Source: Candidatus Hermodarchaeum yapensis (lineage in GTDB: Archaea; Asgardarchaeota; Hermodarchaeia; Hermodarchaeales; Hermodarchaeaceae). From it: DNA of 30,850 nucleotides. The number at the start of each line of letters is the position of its first letter. Within the stretch, counting starts at the first letter, position 1. The notes beneath the pieces are model-generated. The model was not told where the DNA came from, searched no databases, and saw nothing but the letters and a program-made list of their open reading frames with translations. Below, piece by piece: positions 7,896 to 15,117 of the stretch. Made by a program: the position numbers and the translations under genes. Where the stretch lies: the NCBI GenBank assembly GCA_016840405.1, contig JAEOSK010000028.1, positions 1-30,850 of the forward strand, written 5' to 3'.

Positions 7896-8858
7896 CTAGA
7901 GTCCGGCTTCTTTGAATATTTCTTCTAACCGAGTCTGGCTTGGTCCACGATAATGGGACGGGGCATAAAAAGCCGAAGTGACAACGCTATCCTCAACGGA
8001 CTCAGCAAATCCAGCAGCTTTGACCTTACGGGTAATTTCAGCAACCTTAGAGAGATCCGCGACATTCAATGAAGCGATTACTGTTGGCTCATCCAACCAG
8101 ACAACCATTCCCCAAAATTCAAGGGAAAACTGCTCTTGAAACCAACTAACGATATCAGAAACTGTCACTTTCTTTTCATTAAAACGAATCAGAAAACCCA
8201 AAATAACTATATTAACGGATAACCAGTTCATTCGGATAGTAAAGTGAACTCCTCCCCCATCATGCAATTCACGCAGGATACTTCTCACACGTCGAGTGGT
8301 CAACCCGGTCTGTTTGGCTAGTTTTGAGACAGGCATTCGAACATCTTTAGATAAACACTGGAGAACACGTAACTGGTTCAGAGTGAATTCCACTTTCTTT
8401 CCGCGAGAACGTACTTTACTTTGAGGAGGTGCGTCTGGTAGAATCCACATGAAAGGATGAATTTCTACATGTTTAATTGAAGGTAAACTCTCAAGAAACT
8501 GTTTCAATTCGAAAAACTCTATTGAACCTCGAACAACCGCCTGAGCGTCATACGCTTGATAACCATACCGACCAGTGTGTCGGATTAACCGATGATTCCC
8601 AATTGTTTCAATCAAGGCTTGGATATCTTCTGTGCCATCCGTTCTAATAACGGCATAAAGGTAATCGGCACCCACCATATTCAAGCTTAATTCGACAGTA
8701 TATTCCTGGATGACTCCACCCTTCTCGAGCTTCTTCACTCGGTTCTTGATGGTATTAAAGGACTGATCAAATTTTTTGGCAAGGTCTTGAAAGGAGATAC
8801 GGGCGTTACCATATAGCTCCAATACAATGGCCTTGTCCAGCCAGTCCACATCTAGCAC
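7896..8858 (-). CDS. Tandem (double) Lrp/AsnC-type transcriptional regulator, copy 1
   Basis: Two HTH plus effector-domain units (LDKAIVLELYGNARISFQDLAKKF...RVKKLEKGGVI and NQLRVLQCLSKDVRMPVSKLAKQTG). Start moved to GTG 8858 by alignment with the paralogue at 10996. Confidence 0.88.
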   Translation of the reverse strand: MLDVDWLDKAIVLELYGNARISFQDLAKKFDQSFNTIKNRVKKLEKGGVIQEYTVELSLNMVGADYLYAVIRTDGTEDIQALIETIGNHRLIRHTGRYGYQAYDAQAVVRGSIEFFELKQFLESLPSIKHVEIHPFMWILPDAPPQSKVRSRGKKVEFTLNQLRVLQCLSKDVRMPVSKLAKQTGLTTRRVRSILRELHDGGGVHFTIRMNWLSVNIVILGFLIRFNEKKVTVSDIVSWFQEQFSLEFWGMVVWLDEPTVIASLNVADLSKVAEITRKVKAAGFAESVEDSVVTSAFYAPSHYRGPSQTRLEEIFKEAGL

Positions 8859-8921
8859 CCCAAACGATGAAGGGAAAGACATCATAAGACGCAAAGGGAT
8901 AATTAGAGTGCTTACTCTTGA

Positions 8922-9016
8922 ACCTCTTTCCCTTTAACGGCTGCAAATATGCACTCTCATTATAATAAAGAATTCCTTTTCGTAGAGAGCATATTTTTGC
9001 AGTGTACACTTCAATT
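8922..9016. promoter_or_regulatory. Regulatory block of Lrp cassette 1 with imperfect palindrome TTTTGCAGT-GTAC-ACTTCAATT (8995-9016)
   Basis: Colinear similarity to 11061-11151, including an identical ACCTCTTTCCCT at 8922 and 11061. Confidence 0.55.
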
Positions 9017-9117
9017 TTGCATTAATTTCTGACGGTTTCCTCGTAATTTTGTTTTCATTCCAACACAATCATTTTTATGCGATAACTTGACTTTTTTGCA
9101 TCAAGGGAGATGATTCA

Positions 9118-10053
9118 TTGGTTTCTATTAATTTTCAGAGGATAAAGGAATTGAGTTTGAAATCTAAAGGTCTGATTTTACTAGCAATCATTTTAATTCC
9201 AACCACCGTAGTTTTTGCCATTTTTTTAGGGATGAATGTGGGACAACCGAAACTCCCCACAAAGCTCCTGTTCATTGGCAACAGCCTTTCATACCACAAT
9301 GAAGGAGTTGATTTCCAAATTGTGCAATTAGGAAACTGTACTACTCCTCCAAGAGTGATAGAGATAGATTCAGTTTACATAGAGGCGGGCCAATTAGCGC
9401 AACTCTATCCTGCGTCTTCATACAAAATTGCCACTGGCAACTATGATTACATCATTGTGCAGGGAACTCCCGAATTTGGATTTGAAAGCTTCAAAGATAA
9501 TGCGCGTCTGATACTCGAAGCAATCAATGAAACAAACTCTCAACCAGTATTGTTCATGGCATGGAACCATTTGGGAAAACCGCCCTGGTCTGGAGACTAT
9601 CCTTGGAACGAGACATTTGAACTACTATCCATGTCTGAGATTGCCCAAGCCCATTATGATCTCGCAACAGACTTTGATGCGTTGGTCGCGCCCGTGGGTC
9701 TTGCTTTTGAGAAGGTGAATGAAACGCGTCCCGGTTTTCAGTTGTACACTGATGTGGAGCATTCCAGTATGAACGGAACTTATCTAGCAACCCTCGTCAT
9801 CTACGTAACTATTTTTGAAGAAAGTCCAGTTGGGTTCTCCTATCGTCCCACATCACCTCCACTACCTTCTTACTGCGTGAATGTAACCGAAGCAGATGCT
9901 ACCTTCTTACAAGAGATGGCTTGGCAGACAGTTCAGGAGAATCTGCCTCTTTTCCTCAATAAAATCGACGTTATCTTCATAGTAATATTTCACCAAAAAT
10001 CATCAGAGCGACGGATAAATTCTGTACTTCGAGCTAAAGCCCCGCTTCTTTGA
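9118..10053 (+). CDS. Membrane-anchored or exported SGNH/GDSL hydrolase-like protein (DUF4886-like)
   Basis: N-terminal hydrophobic helix, LLFIGNSLSY (catalytic Ser block), YDYIIVQG, APVGLAF, DVEH (DxxH) followed by GTYLA. True start may be TTG 9151 or 9157. Confidence 0.75.
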   Translation: MVSINFQRIKELSLKSKGLILLAIILIPTTVVFAIFLGMNVGQPKLPTKLLFIGNSLSYHNEGVDFQIVQLGNCTTPPRVIEIDSVYIEAGQLAQLYPASSYKIATGNYDYIIVQGTPEFGFESFKDNARLILEAINETNSQPVLFMAWNHLGKPPWSGDYPWNETFELLSMSEIAQAHYDLATDFDALVAPVGLAFEKVNETRPGFQLYTDVEHSSMNGTYLATLVIYVTIFEESPVGFSYRPTSPPLPSYCVNVTEADATFLQEMAWQTVQENLPLFLNKIDVIFIVIFHQKSSERRINSVLRAKAPLL

Positions 10054-10996
10054 ACAGTTCATCCAAATGGTGCTGACTGGGATCACGGTAATGCATTTTC
10101 ACATAGGTTTGTGAAGTAATCACATAGTCATCAACGGATTCAGCAAATGTGGCCTCGCGCACTATGTTGATAATTTCTCCAACCTTTGTAGGATCCTCAA
10201 CGAGAAGCGATATTCCGATAATGGGCTCGTCTAACACTTGAGAAACGGTCCAGAGTTCACGGGGATAGTGTTCTTGAAACCATTTTCCAATCTCATTGAG
10301 CCCCGTTTTTGCCTCATCATATTGAATGTTCAATTCAAGATTGATATCACCGAGAGCTAAATAATCCATTCGGATAGTAAAATGCACACCGCCTCCCTCT
10401 TGTAGCTCTCGGAGGATTTTACTTATACGTCGAGGTGTTAGGCTGGTCTTTTTCGCGATTTCCCCAACAGGCATACGGACATCCTCTGTTAAGCACCTCA
10501 ATACCCGCAACTGGTTTTGAGTAAAGTCAATTTTCTGACCTCGACTCCGAGCTTTACTTTTAGGTGGAGCATAAGGAGAAGTGCTTAAGATCGGATGGAT
10601 TGTCACCTTGGTAACTGCTTTAAGTGATTCAAGATTCATTTTTAATTCAAAAAAGTCGGTTGCCCCGGCTACGAAAGCAAAAGCAGCATATTCTCTATTT
10701 CTAATACGAGTAACCATTCGGATCGGCTTCTGTTTACCAATCTGGTTGATAAGCGATTTGATATTTTCTGAACCATCCGTTTCGATGGTGACAATAATAG
10801 ATTCCAAGCCCAACATTGCTAAGCTTAATTCTACCGTGTATTCGTGAATGGCTCCTACTTTCTCGAGTTTTTTCACTCGGTTCTTAATAGCATTGAACGA
10901 AAGCTCATATTTTCTGGCAAGGTCTTGGTATGAGGCTCGGGCATTCCCAAACAGCTCCCACAGCAAAGCTTTGTCTAGCCAGTCCAGGTCCAACAC
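10034..10996 (-). CDS. Tandem (double) Lrp/AsnC-type transcriptional regulator, copy 2
   Basis: Full-length paralogue of 7896-8858 (shared DWLDKA, GNAR, KNRVKKLEK, EYTVELSL, TDG, NQLRVL, DVRMPV, GGGVHFTIRM, FKEAGL). Confidence 0.9.
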   Translation of the reverse strand: MLDLDWLDKALLWELFGNARASYQDLARKYELSFNAIKNRVKKLEKVGAIHEYTVELSLAMLGLESIIVTIETDGSENIKSLINQIGKQKPIRMVTRIRNREYAAFAFVAGATDFFELKMNLESLKAVTKVTIHPILSTSPYAPPKSKARSRGQKIDFTQNQLRVLRCLTEDVRMPVGEIAKKTSLTPRRISKILRELQEGGGVHFTIRMDYLALGDINLELNIQYDEAKTGLNEIGKWFQEHYPRELWTVSQVLDEPIIGISLLVEDPTKVGEIINIVREATFAESVDDYVITSQTYVKMHYRDPSQHHLDELFKEAGL

Positions 10997-11127
10997 TCCC
11001 TACCAAGCGCCTGAAGGAAATCATTGGTTTCTATTGCATCTTTGATTCTTGAATTGCGTTACCTCTTTCCCTACAATGTCTGCAATTAAGCCTCGTCTGT
11101 TATTAAAAAATAACTCTTCTAAGCACG

Positions 11128-11151
11128 ATTTTGCAGTTCGGACTGCAAAAT
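11128..11151. promoter_or_regulatory. Perfect palindrome ATTTTGCAGT-TCGG-ACTGCAAAAT; candidate operator
   Basis: 10-bp perfect arms with a 4-bp spacer, between the divergent regulator and exported-protein genes. Confidence 0.6.
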
Positions 11152-11231
11152 TTGGCGGAAATCTGTGCAGAACGGTGAAATTTTGCAGATACCGCTTGCC
11201 ATTCACAAATAAATCTCGCATCCATAAAGCA

Positions 11232-11261
11232 AGCTGCAAACAACCGTTGCGCTTTGCAGCT
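11232..11261. repeat. Inverted repeat AGCTGCAAA-N12-TTTGCAGCT
   Basis: 9-bp perfect arms reusing the TTTGCAG core in the opposite arrangement to the 11128 palindrome. Confidence 0.55.
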
Positions 11262-11329
11262 CGTTGGGTTGCATCTTTGGAGAACGAGTAGTTCTCTGAG
11301 GTCATTGGTTTCTAGTCAGTGATTGGGAG

Positions 11330-11896
11330 GTGACTCAGCTGAAAAAATGGAGCGTTGTCTTACTAGTTGTGGCCTTTGCACTAGCATGTGTTGCTGTTGC
11401 ACCAGTACAAGCGAAAAAACACGTATACGGTGATATGAACTTAGAATTTAATCTAGCGTGGCCAGGATACAACACCGAAGTGCCAGATTGGGTTGGATCA
11501 ATTAACATCGACGGTAATGAATATGGGATGCTATACTTTGCATTTTGGACAGGCAAACCGTTTGATGACCCAGCACATGGAAAGGCATTCTTCTTCGGCG
11601 AAATATGGGCCATCTATGACATGGATCCAGCAGAATTCCCAGCAATTCCTGAAGATGATCCTGCGGCTTGGGAACACTGGTTGCCAGTAAATAATCCTCC
11701 TGAATTAGTGATGTGGGGATATGACGAAGGTATAACCAACAATGCGAACACGAAATATCATATGAACGGGAACATCGAAGCAGCCTTTGGAGCTTTCGCT
11801 AAGTATGAAGGTCGCAATGTGCATATGAGTGGTATAATTATCTGGTACGATTTTGGTGCACCTCAATATGCTCCTGGTACATTCCGAATCAACTAA
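11330..11896 (+). CDS. Secreted protein of unknown function (signal peptide; aromatic, beta-rich mature domain)
   Basis: KKWSVVLLVVAFALACVAVAPVQA signal peptide with a VQA cleavage site; no C-terminal anchor. Start may be CTG 11339. Confidence 0.8.
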   Translation: MTQLKKWSVVLLVVAFALACVAVAPVQAKKHVYGDMNLEFNLAWPGYNTEVPDWVGSINIDGNEYGMLYFAFWTGKPFDDPAHGKAFFFGEIWAIYDMDPAEFPAIPEDDPAAWEHWLPVNNPPELVMWGYDEGITNNANTKYHMNGNIEAAFGAFAKYEGRNVHMSGIIIWYDFGAPQYAPGTFRIN

Positions 11897-11915
11897 GGAC
11901 GACAAGCAGCAAGGC

Positions 11916-11962
11916 GAAGGGAACTCTTTACCCTACAGAGACTTCCCTTCTCCTCCTTTTTT
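11916..11962 (+). terminator. Hairpin plus pyrimidine/T tract downstream of the secreted-protein gene
   Basis: GAAGGGAA-CTCT...AGAG-AC-TTCCCTTC followed by TCCTCCTTTTTT. Confidence 0.6.
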
Positions 11963-12043
11963 CTAACTAGACGAAACACCGCGTTCCTACACAATTGGAG
12001 GGGACCATTAACAACATTCATTAACGTGTGAATTGGTGAGAGC

Positions 12044-12054
12044 GAAACTTTAAG
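12044..12054 (+). promoter_or_regulatory. Putative BRE/TATA promoter of the radical SAM gene
   Basis: GAAACTTTAAG about 27 nt before TTG 12081. Confidence 0.5.
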
Positions 12055-12080
12055 GTTGAACTATCATCGAGTAATATTGA

Positions 12081-13238
12081 TTGGCGAAAATGATGTCATC
12101 ACAAAAATCAGATTTGGACATTCTAAGACTGAAGGTGGCGTTGCTCACACGGGGAATCCATTTTCCATCCGATGAAATGAGTGGACGAACGGGTGGAGCC
12201 GGGCCGACCCTTGGCAGCTATTTTCTACTCAACGATGACATCTTGGCTAATGCTCCAGTTCGTACAAGACAGCAAGTTGAACAATTTCACGCAATCGAAC
12301 TGCAACCTTTAGAAGAAAATCAGTTCGAAATCTGCTTTGAAGGAAACACCTTTCCCATCCAGCTTGTGGCTGCTCCCAAGTTTTATCAGGAAAAGTTGTC
12401 GGATGGGACGCCCATGACTCATATCGCTTTGGTACATGGCACGGACTGTCTTGCTACCACCATTGTCCAACACTGTGACTATTTCGATCAGGGGCTAGAG
12501 TGCCAGTTCTGCAGCATTCCTGTGAGCCTTGAACAAGGAAACACGGTACTCCGGAAATCCCCTGAACAATTTCTCAAAGTCCTCAAGGCTGCCAAACAAG
12601 AGAAACGCGCCAGTCATCTTACCCTTACGATGGGAACGCCCGATCGACCGGATCGTGGTGTCCAAGATTATATCGAGTTCGTTTCTGTCATTCGAAAACA
12701 GAGTGATGTGCCCATTCATGCTCAATTGGAACCCCCAGAATCTGCGGACCAGCTACGGGCTCTAAAAGACGCAGGCGTGGATACGGTAGGCATCCACTTG
12801 GAAATCTACGATGATGATCTTCGAAAGCAATACTGCCCCGGGAAATTCCATAACGCTAGTTTCTTCGACTATTATAGTGCCTGGCGACAAGCGGTCCGAA
12901 TCTTTGGCAGAGGACAAGTAAGCACCTTCATCCTGTTAGGTCTGGGCGAAACCCCCGAACAACTCCACCAGGGTTTCAAAACGACCATTGAACTCGAGGT
13001 CATTCCCGTCCCCGTCCCTTGCCGACCCAACCCTGGTTCGCACCTTGAAGGGTATATTCCACCCTATGTGGAAAACTTGGATCAAATCGTCAATGTCTAC
13101 CTGGACTGTGCCCAACTCCTCTACGACCATAACCTCGATCCTCGGACGCATCGAGCTGGATGTGTCCGCTGCTGCGGTTGCACCGCTCTCACCGAAGCTT
13201 ATCAAGTGATTGAAGCGACGCAAGAAAAGAAGCGTTAA
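12081..13238 (+). CDS. Radical SAM protein, MSMEG_0568 (Nit1C-cluster NitD-like) family
   Basis: N-terminal RTGGAGP, IALVHGTDCLATTIVQHC-x8-CQFC (non-canonical CX8CX2C), VDTVGIHLE, FGRGQVSTFILLGLGE, C-terminal AGCVRCCGC. Confidence 0.85.
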   Translation: MAKMMSSQKSDLDILRLKVALLTRGIHFPSDEMSGRTGGAGPTLGSYFLLNDDILANAPVRTRQQVEQFHAIELQPLEENQFEICFEGNTFPIQLVAAPKFYQEKLSDGTPMTHIALVHGTDCLATTIVQHCDYFDQGLECQFCSIPVSLEQGNTVLRKSPEQFLKVLKAAKQEKRASHLTLTMGTPDRPDRGVQDYIEFVSVIRKQSDVPIHAQLEPPESADQLRALKDAGVDTVGIHLEIYDDDLRKQYCPGKFHNASFFDYYSAWRQAVRIFGRGQVSTFILLGLGETPEQLHQGFKTTIELEVIPVPVPCRPNPGSHLEGYIPPYVENLDQIVNVYLDCAQLLYDHNLDPRTHRAGCVRCCGCTALTEAYQVIEATQEKKR

Positions 13239-13266
13239 ATGTACTAACATCAAATTGATGTGCATT

Positions 13267-13791
13267 ATGTCCTTGCCACCCAGCACCAAGGATTTTCCCG
13301 CCGAAGATCCTGAAATTTCCATCGTCGAGTTGACCGAAGACGACGCACCGGAAATTGCAAAACTCCTCGCCATGGTGTGGCCTCAGGCAAAACATATACC
13401 AGAGGCATGGCGGGAAAAACGCGTTCTTAATCCTGATCAAATCATTGCCGAGATGCGCAGTGGTTTTCATTACTTTGGAGCTCGGTTGGAAGGGCACCTC
13501 GCGGGGTTTTACAAGACGATTCTCAAACCGGAAGGGGTCTTCGGTGAACATCAAACCGTACATCCAGACTACCGGCACCGGGGGCTAGTTCGCGCCATGT
13601 ATCGGCAGTTCATCACCTACGCCAGGGAGCTGAATGCCCCGGCCAACCTGTGCAACATTCTCTACGACCATACCACCATGCGGCAACTGGTGGAAAGTTT
13701 TGATTTTCGTCCGGAAGGTCCGCCTTACGAGCAAGCGCCGGGTATGCTTGTCCAGTTTTACAAGCGTCCCACCGGAATTACTCAAGATTGA
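13267..13791 (+). CDS. GNAT-family N-acetyltransferase
   Basis: Acetyl-CoA motif A: VHPDYRHRGL; N-terminal IVELTEDDAPEIAKL. ATG 13267 (or 13258) preferred over the overlapping TTG 13210. Confidence 0.85.
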   Translation: MSLPPSTKDFPAEDPEISIVELTEDDAPEIAKLLAMVWPQAKHIPEAWREKRVLNPDQIIAEMRSGFHYFGARLEGHLAGFYKTILKPEGVFGEHQTVHPDYRHRGLVRAMYRQFITYARELNAPANLCNILYDHTTMRQLVESFDFRPEGPPYEQAPGMLVQFYKRPTGITQD

Positions 13792-13893
13792 AAATGGGCT
13801 TCGCCAAGATCGTACTCTTCGAAGTGCATATGGATTATTCTGTAATTTCTCTCCCTCTTTCTAATCAAGTTTCATTAGTTTTTAAGAAATAGG

Positions 13894-13915
13894 GAAGGGC
13901 GGTTTCCCGCCCTTC
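13894..13915 (-). terminator. GC-rich hairpin (9-bp stem, GAAA loop on minus strand); terminator-like
   Basis: Plus strand GAAGGGCGG-TTTC-CCGCCCTTC. On the minus strand the loop is a GNRA tetraloop followed by CCTATTTCTT. It could alternatively terminate the plus-strand GNAT transcript. Confidence 0.5.
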
Positions 13916-14233
13916 TGTTCCGGTTTCGCATTGGAGGTATCTTCCCTCTGGTGGTTTTATGGACGGATTGATATCAATAGAAGCATTCGAGGGGTTTACG
14001 CGATGAAGCATTAGTGCGAAACAGCTGAGGAGGCTTCAACAGTTTCAAGGGTACGAAGGAGTGCGGAGGCACATTATTCTATGGCTTTGAACAGGACGTT
14101 CTAGGGTTTAGAACGCTTTTTGTGCGACTCAGAGTTTGGCTAATTAGGTGTGTGTTGATTTGTCTAGGCGGGGCTTGTCCAAACAATAATGCTTAAATAC
14201 TACTTTAGTTAAAGAATTAACACGGTTAAGATT

Positions 14234-14476
14234 ATGTTGTCAAACACCGAAGCACTCCAACACAGTACCCGGAAGAGGATCATGCACAAATTATCGAAAG
14301 ATAAGGCCTTCCTCCGTGAAATCGCCAAAGACCTTAACATTCCCACTTCTACTGCTGCATATCACTTGAAACGACTCACTCAAAACGGTCTCATTAACGA
14401 ACGACGCGGTGTGTATCACGTCTGGTTCGACCTCACTGATAAGGGTCGGCAGCTGCTCTCAACCGAAGCAGCATAA
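14234..14476 (+). CDS. Small stand-alone ArsR-like winged-HTH protein
   Basis: ALQHSTRKRIMHKL...LREIAKDLNIPTSTAAYHLKRL.QNGLI...FDLTDKG. TATA-like AATGCTTAAATA at 14188-14199 and TTAAC-ACG-GTTAA palindrome at 14217-14229. Confidence 0.82.
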   Translation: MLSNTEALQHSTRKRIMHKLSKDKAFLREIAKDLNIPTSTAAYHLKRLTQNGLINERRGVYHVWFDLTDKGRQLLSTEAA

Positions 14477-14596
14477 ACGGGGTTTTAAGGCGAGGCATGG
14501 TCCTCCACCCCACTATTTTCTTGTTTATTATTGAATGAGAGTACATGCTTTTAGCACTCTCTATTCTAAACCATCCTATGATCAATAAGGGGAGGG

Positions 14597-15106
14597 CTAG
14601 TATTTCCTCTTCTTTTTCTTCCGTCTGGGCTGTTTACCCTTAACGCGTTTACGACGAGGCAGCTCTTTTGTGGGAATACGTTCTGGTCCTGGTGGAAGGC
14701 CCAGGTCATCGGGAATACCCCCATATGCGATGTCGGCAAAAAGGGTACCGAGTTGTCCTCCCACGCCAGTGAGTGCACCGCCAATGATTGAGACGAAAAC
14801 CTGTGGTGCTGGGATTAGGGATGATAGCACAATCCAGGCGTTTCGGGAGGCGTCAGGGTTTAGTAGGTACATGTAGCCGAAGATGACGAGCCAGGCTGCG
14901 AAGCCGGCTAAGAAGGTCGTGATAAGGGTTCTCCAGGTTTTTTTCATCAGGAAGCCAGCTAGGATGCCGGCAATCACGATGCCAATTCCAAAACCGATGA
15001 GTTGAATGAAAAGGGCGAGGATGAAACAGACGAAAAATCCGATGATCGGCGAGTAGGTTTCCCGAAGGATTCGGCGGATGTTTGAACCTGAAAATGGGCT
15101 TGCCAT
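14597..15106 (-). CDS. Small multi-pass membrane protein with Gly-rich helices and a polybasic C-terminal tail
   Basis: About 4 hydrophobic segments with GxxxG-type patterns; AGGTGA SD; 11 bp downstream of the acylase stop; tail RRKRVKGKQPRRKKKKRKY. Confidence 0.8.
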   Translation of the reverse strand: MASPFSGSNIRRILRETYSPIIGFFVCFILALFIQLIGFGIGIVIAGILAGFLMKKTWRTLITTFLAGFAAWLVIFGYMYLLNPDASRNAWIVLSSLIPAPQVFVSIIGGALTGVGGQLGTLFADIAYGGIPDDLGLPPGPERIPTKELPRRKRVKGKQPRRKKKKRKY

Positions 15107-15117
15107 GATTTTTCACC

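Noticed and set aside
9940-10053. C-terminal ~35 aa of the SGNH protein overlapping the convergent regulator by 20 bp, considered as a possible extra domain
   Set aside because: Looks like non-conserved read-through past the usual domain end; no motif supports a function.
11021-11305. Short ORFs on both strands in the second Lrp spacer
   Set aside because: Low-information translations across a motif-dense regulatory region that is homologous to the non-coding first spacer.
13894-13930. Minus-strand AACAGAAGGGCGG resembles the conserved 3' region of RNase P RNA
   Set aside because: No matching 5' GAGGAA(A)NUCC element or GCUUA continuation was found, and no SRP RNA motif either; treated only as a hairpin.
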